NCBI GenBank assembly: GCA_951406725.2
Contig: OX597827.1
Location: 34,906,001-34,970,000, forward strand
Origin: Octopus vulgaris
Taxonomy: Eukaryota
DNA length: 64,000 bases
Direction of reading: 5' to 3'
Below are positions 13,553 to 26,843 of this stretch, piece by piece. Position 1 is the stretch's first letter; every line of letters begins with the position of its first letter. Both the position numbers and the translations under genes were made by a program. Under the pieces are notes generated by a model, which did not search any database, had not been told where the DNA came from, and worked only from the letters and a program-made list of their open reading frames with translations.

Positions 13553-14900
13553 CTAGCAATGCATCCTGGCGTTGCCCGGGTGTTATGACCTACAGGCACA
13601 TTGTATTATCTGCTCCTTTCTTATGAGCAGCATCGACACCACTGACATATAGTTAATGGCATAATGGAAGTTATTGCTTGTTTAAAAGTGAAGAGGGAGG
13701 GTACAATTTGCATGGGTTTGCATGAAAGTGCTTTCTGTTCTTAAGAAGGATCACAGACTATGTATTGTTTCATCATATAAAAGGGGAATAATATGATTTT
13801 GTCCAGAAATCACGTTTTCAAAATTTTAACTTTGCCCCATCTTCACCACAATTTCTTAATTTGTAACTTTTCATTTTTCCTTTTTTTTTTTTTTTGGTGT
13901 CATCTATGTAGAAAAATACAGAGATTACGAATCTAGGAAATACAAATATATTTTATAGTTTAATTTTTCTTAAAGAAACACCCAATGCCCTTTCCCTACC
14001 TTACCCACTCATTACCTTGCTTTCACTTATGTCTGATGTTTCCTGCATGCATAGAATTCTACTGAAATAGCAAACTTTAAAAAACACCGGACCACCACCA
14101 GAAAACCCGACATGCTAGAAACAACAGGTAAGTGAAATTATTTCTGAAGAAACTTACCCACTTTCCAAAATGCTAAAAGTGAAACATTGGAAGTGTGTAG
14201 CTTTTTGAAAGTGGTGAGGTGGTGGGTAAAATTCTTAGAGATTTGTACTCTCTGTTTTTTCTCCATGGATTACCAAGAAAAAGTTTGAAAAAAGTAAAAA
14301 ATGAATTTGGTGTGGAGAGAGAAAAATAAAATATTGAGAACATGTTTGTGGGTGAAATCCTACTGTCCTGTATCACTAACATAAGAATCAGAAGAAATTT
14401 CAGAAAAAAATAAGGCGATGGAGTGGAAGTGTCACCTTGGACATGCTAGAAAGAAGAGGTAAAGGACAGAATTGTGTGTGTATCAAAGGAGGTTATTTTA
14501 TGGCATTCTTTCATTTGAAAAAGTAAAGTTGTCAACTTGACATATATGGGATCATGTGGTTCGTTAATTTACGTAAAATTCTTTTAATTTCTTTAGGCTT
14601 TGAAGAGAGCACATGACAATACACCCCTTCAATCACTCTCTCTCTCTTTTTCTCCTTTCCTCTCTTCCTCTCTCTCTCTCTCTTTCTCACACACACATCC
14701 ATTTCATATACACATACATACATCTTTCATTTTCTCCTCTCTTCCACTTTAAAACAAAAGTAAATTAATAAAAAATTTTTATGGAATTTAACAAATGCAG
14801 ATGACAGCTCTGGAAATCAAAACGAAAGATCACCTAAGCAACTTTCTTTATTGTAATACAGATGTAACTAATTCTGTATTCACACATTGTCAGTCTTGTA
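13553..14900 (-). mobile_element. Non-autonomous Helitron-like element (3' end at 13553; far end approximate)
   Basis: Minus strand cccgggcaacgccagg hairpin followed by CTAG, matching the terminus at 36364-36391. Confidence 0.55.
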
Positions 14901-16305
14901 TGCGAACACTGTAATTTTGGTTGAAATTGAAAGTGGGGAAACTATTCCTTTCAATGAAACCTAGTTGTTGTAACTTTCAATATCAGTGCATTTCACTGTT
15001 GGGTGAGTGGGGGTGGGGGAAAGTCACATATACTAAGACACACGCACACACAGAGACATACATTAATGCACACCTCAAGCCTATCTCTTGGAAAAAAATT
15101 ATACATATTTGTTTTCCATATATTTTTCATATCTTCATTTGTATTTTACACGTAACATTCACCTGAATTTTTGTCATTTGTATTAGTTTCCATTCATTTC
15201 TTAATCATCCTCTTCATTTGGATATATATATATCTTTTTAATTTTTATTCTTCTAATTTTATATTTTCTTCTCATTAGCATATATTTTTTCCGCATTCGT
15301 ATATATTTTTCATTTATATATATTTTTTAGGCATAATTTACATTTAATTCTTAATTAATTATGGCTTAAACTGCAGGGTTCAATGCATTTATTTACACAT
15401 CTATATTGTTTTGACATGCTAGGAATTTATTTATACATTTGTTTAGTTGTATTTATTTATTGAGAATAATTCAACTTAATATTCTTAACTTGAATATCTC
15501 ATCCCTGTGACACCGGAATTGATATTCCCTTATTATTATAAAAATATAATATAATGATATATATATATATATAGCAGTGTACGTACACTTTGGTCTCTTA
15601 TATGTAAGTATATATTTATCTAAATCTTGTCCGACTATTTTTTCTTTCTATCAGCCCTTTAACGCTTATTCGTTCATTCCACTCTTCGTTCTTTCATTCC
15701 CCTTTTCTTACATTTCCCTGTCTTCTCTTCCTGCTCACTTTCTCTCCTCTTTTCACTTCACTGTGTCCCTGTCATTTTTTTCTCGACCCTCCTTAATTCT
15801 TCTGTCCCTCTACCGCTCTCTCTTCTCTCCCCATGTAACCGGTGTTCGGCCAAGCCTGATCATTCTTTCTTGGTTCGGCTGTCATTCGTGCAACTTCTAT
15901 ATTCCTCCCTGTGCCCGTGAAATTTTGTATCCCTGCCGTAGGGCTTTATTTCTACACACGCCAGCTTAATTTAATTTGTCCTTAGTCGAAAGACACCTGT
16001 TATTATGTCCTGTTATTTGTATTTGTGTAACATTCTCTGTTTTATTTCCATCCTTGTTTTCACATACATTCGCTGCTTTCTTCCAAGGAGTCTAATGCTC
16101 TTAGCTTAGTTTTTTTCTTGGGGCTGACCAGATTGGAGCAATCTCGAGTATAACCAGCTGAAATTGCAAAGTTAATCTGGAACTCAACTGAGGAAAGAAA
16201 ACTCCGAATGACCCGTCCTTGTTTTCTTTGTGTCGTCTATCTGTTTTGTTGTCCCTTTTTTGTATCACCTAACTGTCTGGATGTTTTGCGTTCTTGTCCC
16301 ATTTG

Positions 16306-16341
<36 letters not shown>

Positions 16342-16347
16342 GTATAT

Positions 16348-16837
16348 ACTATGAAATTATATAGGGTAGAAAATTTACAGAAATCTACTAGTGGACAGCA
16401 TGCATAATAGAGTCAATGGACAACATATTTTTCATATAAAATTAGTGTACATTTCTATACACAGAAGAGGTGAACCTAACCGGACACCTTACATGCTGAA
16501 AAGGGCATTAATAAAGCACAAGCCACAGATAAGAGTAATTTCAAAGGGGATGAAAACTGAAAACATTTCAATACTTAGCTATGTACCTAGGTTTCAACAC
16601 CAATGAAAAAATATAATAATTTGCCAACCGTCTCCTCATCAGCATAGGCCACGTAATTAATGTATATTTGTGGAACATTGAGGACGCACATGTTACATCC
16701 ATATACATTATAATTTTTCAAATCCACCATGCAAGCACAGTTATAACCGGTAGCGAATAAAAATTTATGTACCAATATTCTTGAATTACGAAAATTTTAC
16801 TATAAAAATATATAGGGTAGAAAATTTAGAGAAATCT
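16348..16837 (-). mobile_element. 451-nt terminally redundant non-coding unit carrying a hammerhead motif (retrozyme / Penelope pLTR-like)
   Basis: About 39-bp direct repeat starting at 16348 and 16799, with an internal hammerhead motif. Confidence 0.6.
16579..16647 (-). ncRNA. Type I hammerhead ribozyme motif
   Basis: Minus strand: CTATG-CTGATGA-(stem II, degenerate)-GAAAC-CTAG-GTA-CATAG; perfect 5-bp stem I and palindromic stem III loop. Confidence 0.75.
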
Positions 16838-18259
16838 TCTATCTAGGTTAATTCTCTTCCTATTTAGTTGAATTATAACTCTAACTTTCATGGCCTGGTC
16901 CAACAATTTGATACCTGTTACTTCTTCCTGGGGTATCTCTTGTACTCTTGTAACAGTTGACTATAATGCTGCAGCACCTGTTGTTGGGTATTACACTTTC
17001 CTGTACAACCATAGAACCTGATTGTCTGTTCAGGTAACTAGGTCATATCTTGCACTATCAAATATTTCAAGCATCTTAGTGGTGATTCCTGATGGATTAG
17101 GGGCTTTTTCTACCTTCATCTCTTTAATTGTTTAGTCTGTCATACTGCTGTCCACCAGAATAGCTGGTCCTTCTGTTGAAGTTCAAATCACATTAAGGTC
17201 AACTTTGATTTTCAGCCTTCTGGGGTTAATGAAATAAAGTACCACTCAAGAAGGAACTTAGTTTGGCTGGCCTTGTGCCTAAATTTGAAATAATTATTAA
17301 ATAATTTCCTCATTCTTGTCAGTAATCTTTGTTTTTTATTTGATTTCAGAAAAAAACTGTTTGAAAACATGTCTGCTCAAGTGAAAATCAGGAGAGGACC
17401 AGTAACAACAACAACAACATCAGGAACAAGTTGACAAATAATTTACTGGAAGTACATTATGTTCAGAAATTTGATACCCCCCTGGAGCTAGTATTTTGTA
17501 GATGGTGGCTGTCTTTTGTGATGCAGTTGAAAATGGCTGTCTGCAGCTTTTGCAAATGATCTGTTGCAACCAGACAAGAGACTTATACTGGTTTGAGTGG
17601 AAACTACATGCCTTCATGAAAGATTCCTAATTTTTAGTTTCATTCTTGTGTGTTTTTTTTTTTATATCTCTCTTGATTTGTTTCAAAATGTGAGCCTCTC
17701 ACCCACTAACTGCCCTTGTCTCAATCTTTTGCTGTTTGTGATTGTGTAAAAAAGAAAGGAATTCATGTGTAAATCCAATTATTATCCTACATGTAGCCAC
17801 AATTATTGTGATGGTTCAATGTCTGTAAGCACCATAACCATAGAAATTCAGTTTGTCTGACAACTGAATTTGATATTTGTTGTCAATAATTAATATTTTC
17901 AATCTTTTATTTACAAAAATATTTTGTTTATTAAAAAATATATTTTTTGTGTCTGTGCAGAAGTACTAAATTAGTATGAGAGAAGAGGAATTATTAACTC
18001 CTAAATGAATAATTTGCAAACTCACAATCAGAAAAGCAAAAATGGAAAGCTACTGATTCCCATCCACCACCACCACCACCTATCATTTAATTTCTTCATT
18101 TCAGATTTAAGTGTACTTGTGTCATTGCTGTCCTATCATCCAATGGTTTACTGCTGATCTATTTGTGTTTTTATATGTTTCATTATACCTATTTTATTTC
18201 CTTTTTATATTTTATCTGTTCTGTCTCCTGTTCCCCATCTGACACTGAATGAAGACATC

Positions 18260-19957
18260 ATGTATTCCATGGAACGGTTGTTTGTGTGTGACATCTGTCA
18301 CCAGGTCTTTCAACGGAGTTCTAGTCTGGATAATCACATGCGAGCTCATGACGGAGAGAAACCATACGATGACTGTTCTTCCACTTACCAAGAGCTGCAA
18401 GCTGATGCAACCATTGACACTGTTGCGCAAATCCATGCAGCTGAGCAAGAGAGTACAGAGAATATGCTGACTGACATTGTTGGTGAAGAAAGTGATCTTG
18501 CTGACCCTAACTCACCAACTGTATCTCTATCAGACTTTGCTCCCCCGTCTCCTACAACTCAGATTGTTACTAATGACAAAGACCAAATGTTCCTCACTGA
18601 CCTGACAGACATTGGTGATTGTGAATCTATTAACCAGCTATACACTTGTGAGATTTGCATGGAGATTTTTACCCATCCAGTTTTACTTAGGCAACATTCG
18701 GAAATAGTGCATCCGAAGGAATATGGGAAAGCAAAGATGTTTGTGTGTGATATCTGCCAGAAAGCTTTCCCAGATAACTCTCAGTTAAAAAGACATGTAC
18801 GTATCCATTCAGAGGACAGACCGTTTGTTTGTACCATATGCTCAAAAGGTTTTCGCACCACTGCTCATTTGAAACGCCATTCCTGGATGCACACAAATCA
18901 ACGACCTTATGCCTGCAAAATATGTGGCAAGTCATTTTCTGATAATTCACACCTAAAACGTCATAGCTGGTCTCATAGTGAAAATAAGCCATTTCCATGT
19001 GAACTCTGTTCGAAACAGTTTACGGACCGGTCACATTTAAAGCGGCATCTTCGAATACATTTGAACGATCGACCATTTACTTGTGATAAGTGTCCGAAAA
19101 CTTTCTCTGACATTTCTCACTTGAGAAGACATACTAAGGGCCACATCACAGAGAAAACCTACCAGTGCCCTGTATGTTCAAAAACTTTTACGGATGAATC
19201 ATATCTAAACAGACATGCACAAACACATGTCATCAAAAAGAGTTTTGACTGCTTGGAATGTGGCAAGAACTTTTCTGATCGGTCCCATCTCAAACGCCAC
19301 GCTGTTATGCATTCTGATAATAAACCCTACCAATGTAGCATGTGTCCTAAATCTTTTGTGGACAGTTATCATTTGAGGAGGCATAGCAAGACACACTCAG
19401 AAATCAAACCATATTCTTGCTATGTATGTGGCAAGTGTTTTGTTGACAACTCTCACTTGAAGCGACATGCTAGGACACATTCCAGTGAAAGACCCTTTAA
19501 ATGTGAAACATGTAACAAAGGTTTCTTAGATAGGTCTCATCTTAAACGACATGCACAAACCCATTCAGATAACCGGAAGCCTTTTGGCTGTGATATCTGC
19601 GGCAAGTACTTTTCTGATATGTCTCATGTCAAAAGACACCGCAAAACCCATTATGATGAACGCCCTTATCCATGCCATGAATGTGACAAATCCTTTATGA
19701 CTTCATCACACTTGAAACGCCACCTGCTTTGCCATTCAGAAAATAAACCTTACCCTTGTGATCAATGTGACAAAACATTCTCTGACAGTTCCCATTTAAA
19801 ACGTCACTCTCAGACACACTCCATTGAGCAGCCGCTCAGCTGTGGAATCTGCAATAAGACTTTTTCAAGCAATTCCATTCTGAAGCGACACATGCAAGTG
19901 CACACTGATCAAATTCTTCTGAATGTAGGTTATTTACTTGCTACAGATATAGTGTAA
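18260..19957 (+). CDS. C2H2 zinc-finger protein, 565 aa, 16 fingers (2 isolated plus 14 tandem), uninterrupted coding exon
   Basis: Long intact ORF with repeated C-x2-C-x12-H-x3-H motifs and xE/DK/RPF/Y-type linkers; acidic Ser/Pro/Thr spacer after finger 1. Candidate upstream acceptors tttcag at 17349 and 18104. Confidence 0.95.
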   Translation: MYSMERLFVCDICHQVFQRSSSLDNHMRAHDGEKPYDDCSSTYQELQADATIDTVAQIHAAEQESTENMLTDIVGEESDLADPNSPTVSLSDFAPPSPTTQIVTNDKDQMFLTDLTDIGDCESINQLYTCEICMEIFTHPVLLRQHSEIVHPKEYGKAKMFVCDICQKAFPDNSQLKRHVRIHSEDRPFVCTICSKGFRTTAHLKRHSWMHTNQRPYACKICGKSFSDNSHLKRHSWSHSENKPFPCELCSKQFTDRSHLKRHLRIHLNDRPFTCDKCPKTFSDISHLRRHTKGHITEKTYQCPVCSKTFTDESYLNRHAQTHVIKKSFDCLECGKNFSDRSHLKRHAVMHSDNKPYQCSMCPKSFVDSYHLRRHSKTHSEIKPYSCYVCGKCFVDNSHLKRHARTHSSERPFKCETCNKGFLDRSHLKRHAQTHSDNRKPFGCDICGKYFSDMSHVKRHRKTHYDERPYPCHECDKSFMTSSHLKRHLLCHSENKPYPCDQCDKTFSDSSHLKRHSQTHSIEQPLSCGICNKTFSSNSILKRHMQVHTDQILLNVGYLLATDIV

Positions 19958-20108
19958 AATGTTCAGTGTTGCACTTGATGGTATTGCATTTCCTCTTGTT
20001 ACTAACAAATTCACGCAAACATGTACATCCAGTCCACTTAGACACTTATATACACCCCATCTACCGACATAAGCATACGCCTGCTATATTTATATTGTGT
20101 GTGGATGA

Positions 20109-20161
<53 letters not shown>

Positions 20162-20213
20162 CACATATGTACCTGTTTCACACGTATAATACATACACAC
20201 ATATATGTACATG

Positions 20214-20254
<41 letters not shown>

Positions 20255-21027
20255 CACAACACAGTGTAAATAGGAACTGAAATAGATTTATATATATTAC
20301 AAAGTCCCACAGTGGGTGAAACAAGAATGTAATAGAAAGAGATGGATGTGCTTACATTGTTATTTCACCTCTATGGAGGCAGTGTTTTTTGCAATGGATA
20401 TAAATACAGGTGGGGGCGAGGGGAGAAGTCTTACAAAAACTCCTGAATATAATTAAATGTTGGTTTGAGGTGGTCTTTTGATTAACAGATTTTAAACCTT
20501 TTGCTTCTGTCTCTCTATTGTAGCCAGAGTATAGAGTTGATGGGCGCTCTATGCTTGCTGCTTTTGTTGGTTCCTGCTCTGCTGAATGTTCTGCTGGTTT
20601 CTGTAAAAAGCCTCGATTATTTTACTGAAACCATTAAAAAAAGTTTTTTTCTTTCAGTTTTTACGAAAATAATATATATAGACATTAACTAAAACTGGTG
20701 GGTATTGGTTTGTTTATGCCCCTGTAACTAAGCAGTTTGGCAATAGAAAGTGATAGAATAAGTACCAGACTTGACAATAAGTACTGGAATTGATTTGTAT
20801 GACTAAACCCTTCAAGGTGGTTTCCTCAGAGTAGCTGCAGTCCAATAACTGAAATGAGTAAAAGGTATATGCATACATATATACTTACACGCACACACAC
20901 ATAAACACACTCATACACATATGCATACACATATATAAATACATATATACATAATTATATGTATAACACACACACAGACATATAATTTAATGAAGATGAT
21001 AAATTGATTTACATTTTAATTAAAAGG

Positions 21028-21033
21028 AATAAA
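21028..21033 (+). promoter_or_regulatory. Candidate polyadenylation signal AATAAA of the zinc-finger gene
   Basis: AATAAA about 1.07 kb after the stop, at the end of an AT/microsatellite-rich 3'UTR-like stretch. Confidence 0.3.
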
Positions 21034-23038
21034 ATACTCTTGCATTTCGTGCAACAACAACAATTATTTAGTCATAAGATTCTTTGAGGAGTGGAAGTTA
21101 GTCAATTCCTTTGACCCAAGTACTTGACTAGTACTTTATTTTATTGATCTGCAGTGGGTGGGATGAGGAGTGGTGGTGGAGGTGAAAGACAAAGCTGAGC
21201 TCAGTAGGATTTGAACCCAGAACAAAAAGAGCTGGAGAAACTACTGCAAAGCATTTATCTGATGCTCTAATGATCCTCACAATTCAATAATAATAATAAT
21301 GATAATAATAATTATGATAATAATATTCACATCCACCTCAGTAAGCAACCGATTGGTCATCACATACTCTACCACAACAATAAAACTTCAAATAAGCCTA
21401 CAAGGGAGTGTCTATGTGAAGGTTTGAGCTGCTAATAATAGCAGCTAACTGTTCCTCAAATCTCACTTTTCTGTCTTAAGTAGGTGGGGGGAAGGATTCA
21501 GTAGATAATGTAGTACCATATAAACAGGTAATCGAGAATGCCTTTATTCATTGGTGTGCATGATTAAGGCAGCATTTGGGATAAGACAACAACAACAACA
21601 ACAACAGCAGAAGGAGCAACAACAGTGAGACATTGTAAAACAAAACAAAATAAAACAAAAAGCAACAATAATTTTACCCCAAAATGTCTGTTGACAACAA
21701 TAAAGTGTCGGCTACAAACATTCACTCTCATTTCTACTACTACTACTGCTACTGCTACTGCTGCTGCTGCTGCTGTTGTTGCAACACAGAAGAAAACAAC
21801 CTGAAGCATAATCATGCCAACTCAATCACCATCACCGTCACTCATCACAGCACATAATCACATCAAACATCATTATGAACGGTAACATTTCCATCACAAA
21901 CATAAACACATCACATCACCATTAACAACAACACCACCACCACCACCATCAAGAAGCCAACTATTATCACAGCCACCACCACCGACAACACCATCAAGAA
22001 GTTAATTATTACTACCACCACCACCACCACCATCAACAACACGATCACTATCACATTGAACATCACCATTGTCAACACTTATGAGCAACAACACTTCCAC
22101 CACCACCACCACCACCACCGCCACTGCCACCACCAAGATCACTATTACCATCGTTAACACCATCACCTCCACCACCACAGACATAATCATGTCAAACATC
22201 ACTATCATCAACACCCATCAATGACAGTACCACTCCACTACTTTCACCACTACCATTACTATCGCCAAACAACTACCACTATCAATAACAGTATGATACC
22301 AGTGATTAACACATTAACAACCATGACAACAACAGCAACTCCAAAATCCCACTTTCCCTACCCCAGGAATCATAATCCTCTTAGTACACATGGTCATTCA
22401 ACCTGCTAGAAATAGCAACACAATCTTCACCATATGACATAATATATTAAAAGAGATACACTACATAATGTTATCCAAGGTACACTACTACAATTGGAAC
22501 AAAACTGGATGGTTATGGCTGGGATGGATTTGGTCAATAGATCTGCTTGATCAAGACAGGCCTTGGGCTAAGCAACAAAACTGTCAGCTCAATGTTAACA
22601 ATACTAACAACAATTACATCCCTGTGAAGGAGTCTCTATATAATGACTTTACTTTGCTAGAAATAGCAGCCAAATCTTCGTTTTAAAAAATGATATCTCA
22701 GCCTACATGGATAACATAGTGTTAAATAGACAAAATGGTCATGGCTGGAATACATGTTTTGACGATAAGTCTATTCAATCGGCTGAGCTGGATCTCAACA
22801 AACACATCATTGGCTGTCATCGTCACCAGTACCTTCATTTGCGCATCCTTACATAAAAAGACTACAACAAAATACAAACAAAACAGGGACTATATACTAC
22901 AAATTGGCCCATGATACAACATAAAAAAAAAACTGGAAAAAAAATAATAAAGAAGTCAGTTCCAAGATACATTAATAAACTCCATGCTGAGTTAGCTGTG
23001 ACAGTGACTGCACATATGTGTAAACCTGCTTCCTAAAC

Positions 23039-23072
<34 letters not shown>

Positions 23073-23364
23073 CAATAATTTTTTTGAAAAAGTTTTTTTT
23101 CCTGAAATTATGAAATGTCATCAAAGCAAAATGAAATTGCGTTATTTTCTTTTTTCTCTTTCTTAATTCAACAATCCACCAGATTGATTTATCCTCACTT
23201 CCATCACTTCTGTCTGTTAATTTATCAACACATTTTTACCTTATCTTTCCTACTCCTTGTCTACCTTGTTTCCTGTTATACTACAGCAGCCCAGTTTTGA
23301 TTCCAGATCACAACCATGTTAATGTTGCTTTTGCTTAATGTTTAGTAATTGCAATTATTGAATA

Positions 23365-23914
23365 ACAGCTCTATGTCACGCTGGTGAGACCCATATTGGA
23401 GTACGGGATTCAAGCCTCTTCTCCTTATCTCCTCAAAGACATACAGCATCTCAAAAGAGTCCAGAAGCTGGCTACCCGCATGGTTCTTGGTCTCAAGAAT
23501 TTGTCTTATGAAGAAAGGCTGAAGACGCTCGACCTTTATTCTCTAGAAAAATGCTGCCGCCGTGGTGATCTCATTCTTGCTCACAACATCATAAGCGGAA
23601 AGTGTAGCCTCTCGAAAGAGCTGTTCTTCACTCCTGCTCCAGAGTGTCGACTGCGGGGTCATTCCGAAAAGCTCTATCTGCGATGATTTCATCTCAATCG
23701 AAGGAGAGGGGCTTTCTCCGTCCGGGTTGTGGATCCGTGGAATAAGCTGCCGGACGAGATGGTGAAGATGCTGACGACCGCTTGGTTCAAAGACTCCCTT
23801 GACCACAAGTGGCCTGAACTCTTTACATAAACACCACCCTGTACATAACTCCATGTCCCCCTACATGGCCTTGCTTTTTGCTTTTTGAGCCAAAAAATTA
23901 ACTAACTAACTAAC
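23365..23914 (+). mobile_element. 5'-truncated CR1/L2-group LINE 3' end with (AACT)n tail
   Basis: RPILEYG...KRVQKLATRMV.GLKNLSYEERLKTLDLYSLE..RRGDLI, a typical CR1 RT C-terminus; taactaactaac tail. Confidence 0.9.
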
Positions 23915-25590
23915 ATATGAAAGTGTGAGTAGCATTTGTGATTTAATGCAGAACAAATTACTCAAGAGTAAAGTGTTAGGTTATGTCAATGTTTCACAAG
24001 CAGATTTGATGACAAGTAGCTTTGATGAGATTGTTGAAAATGTTAAAGCAGAAGCATGTAGATGTGTTGTGTGCAAGTGGTATGATGGAGGGAAGCCTCG
24101 TCTAGACAGTTCATGAGTGAGTGACATAGGTACAAATTCTTCTGGATGGGCAGTAGTGATAGGGAGGATGGTGTGGGTATATTTTTGGTAGAGAAATGTG
24201 TTTTTGATAGGATTGTTAAGCTAAGACTAGTGTTGAATAATCTAACTGACATTTGTCTCTGGATATGCTCCACATGTTGAGCTGGCAGCTAAATAGGACT
24301 GTTTCTATGAATCTCTTTTACAAATTATCATGATTATGAAAGACAATAACTTTATTGTCATGGTTGGTGACTGCAACGGACATGTTGGGCAGTACTCCAA
24401 TGGATTTCATGGTGTGCTTGGAGGTTATGGCTTTGGTTGTAGAAATGCTAGAGTTCTGTGATACAAATGACCTGTTGATCTGCAATGTTAACTTCAGGAA
24501 ACCAGCCAGCCAGCCACTTAATCACTTATTAATCAAGCTAGACTCTCTTCACCAGCAAGTGGGATAGGCAGATGCTTGTGAATGCAATGTGCTTCCCTGG
24601 TAAAGAACATTCAACTCAATATAGGTTAGTGACTTAAGATTCAGAGCTATAAGGACTTGGAGACAATCCAATATGGAAGGTTAAAGATCCATTGAACAGT
24701 CAAGAGATTTAGAAACTTAATTGAAGCATTTGATGAGAAGTGGGCGGTGGGACAACCTACTGAAGGTCACAGATCAAATGTAGCTGGTACAAAGTTGCAG
24801 TCAGGCTAAAGGTGACATGGTGGTGGAATGGTGAAGTAGACAGACAGAAGTAAAGAGATACGATTGGAAGAATGGGGATAGCAGAGAAATATACTATATG
24901 ATTAGAAGGGAAAGCTATGTGGCAGGTCTATTTAGCAAGGTGAGAAGTAGAAAGAAGGTTTACCAATGTTTTACAGTGTGTGGTGTTCCAGATTGTAGGG
25001 CAGTGTATCAGAGAAAATTGTAATGAGTGGAAGAAAAAGTATGTATGGATTGATGATAGTATATTTACACTGGGTAATTCTGGAGAGAAAGAGATTGAAA
25101 GTGCCACTATGAGAGGCTACTAAATATGGAGAATGAATAGGAGTTTTTCTAATGCGAACTTGGAATCAGCTGTTATAGCTGACAATGGTATGTTAGATAA
25201 AGCAGTTGAGGACATGAAGACAGGGAAGGCTCTGCTCAAGAATTACTACTGAGATGCTTAAAGTATCTGGTGAAATGGGATATAATTTAATCACCCTTGT
25301 AATTAATCAGGTAGTACAGGAAGGCATCATATCTAATGACTTATGTAGCAGCATTACAAAAATGATCAGAGGTATCAAATTGCTGGACCAGGTCATGAAA
25401 GTTACAGAAAGGGTTGTGGCTTAATTAATTCAGAAGAATGTTAGATGAGATGCAGTTTGGTTTTGTGGCAGGGATAAGTACAACTGATGCCATCTTCCTA
25501 GTAAGAGAACTGCGGAAAAAGTAAGCCATTGTATGTGATGTTTATTGGCCTGGAGAAAGCCTTCAAAAGAGACCCTCATTCAATGATCTA
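23915..25590 (+). mobile_element. Old degenerate RTE-clade LINE (endonuclease and RT remnants)
   Basis: Remnants such as GDCNGHVG, LEFCDTNDLLICN, WWWN, LDEMQFGF and TTDAIFLVREL; heavily mutated. Confidence 0.75.
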
Positions 25591-26843
25591 CGATCAAAGG
25601 TTTTTCAGCTATAACCATTCTATCTTTTTGGATAGCAGGGATTAGATTGTGTCGTGTTGTTTGCCTTTTTTATTTCTTTAAGACAGTTGGGTGTTTTAGA
25701 AGGAATTTAGATGCTCTTTCTAACAGATTGAGACATAAAGGCTCTTTTGATGATATTCAAATTTAATCTCTACACAAGTACTGGACAAATTCTTCTCATA
25801 CTTTGGTTGTCCGGACAGATTACTCTTACCTGGCAGTATTTCTCTCTTCCCACAATTTGTATGCAACCAGGTGAAGACTTTAGTAATTAAGAATAAAGCT
25901 CAATGAATTTTAAATTTAGATTTGTTAATTAAATCATCATTATCATCCTTGTCACCTCAATGTTTCTCAGCAATGGAAGTGGAGTTGGGCAGGGTTATGT
26001 CGTTTTTTCTCCTCCTTATAATCAATCATCAGTTATCTCCCCTGCGAAGTCCAACATTCTGTGATCTGATCATGGAACACAGATATGTTTTTATATTTCA
26101 TATCATTTTTGATAAACAAAATGTTGTTTATCAGGTCTCCAATAATTCAAGCATTGGTTCACTGTATTTGTAATGATGAGAGCAACAAAAAATTGTTTGT
26201 GAAACTTGAACTAAAAAAAAAAATCAGGGAACGTTTTTGTATTCAAAAACATTGGTCTGTCTATATTATCAACATTTTCATATATTTTAATGAAAGATTG
26301 ACCTGCATGCATTCAGAAGATAGACCTATAGATATTGCAAAAGATAGACATATAGACATTACTAAAGATATACATGTATGCATAGAAAAGATATATATCT
26401 AGACATACAAAAGGTAGACATGTAAGCATACAAAAGATACACATGTGGGCATAGAAACAAATTAGGCATGCAACAAACTTCTCCCAAGGATTGAACCTAG
26501 AGTGCATGGTTATGAAGTGAATTTTTTAATCATGCAGAATTATTCTTTTGTTTATTTTAATTATTTTCAGCAGAATATAATTTTACTCCAGCAGGTGTAG
26601 TCTGTTCCCATCACATTTACACTCCAATATAATTGGTGAGCCAACAAAAGAGCCACTATGCTAGAAATAGCTGCCAGATCTCCCTCAAACCACATCCACC
26701 ATCTTAGGAAAGAAAGTCACATTGGATAATGTGGTCGAGCATGTGCCGTGCTTATGAAAACGAAGATATACTCAATCCCATCATAGTTCTGTTTAGTTAA
26801 GATTGGCTAGGTGGGATGGGGGTAAACAATAACCAGCAGAATT

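Noticed and set aside
18212-19396. Antisense/alternative-frame ORFs over the ZF gene
   Set aside because: Shadow ORFs of the real coding frame.
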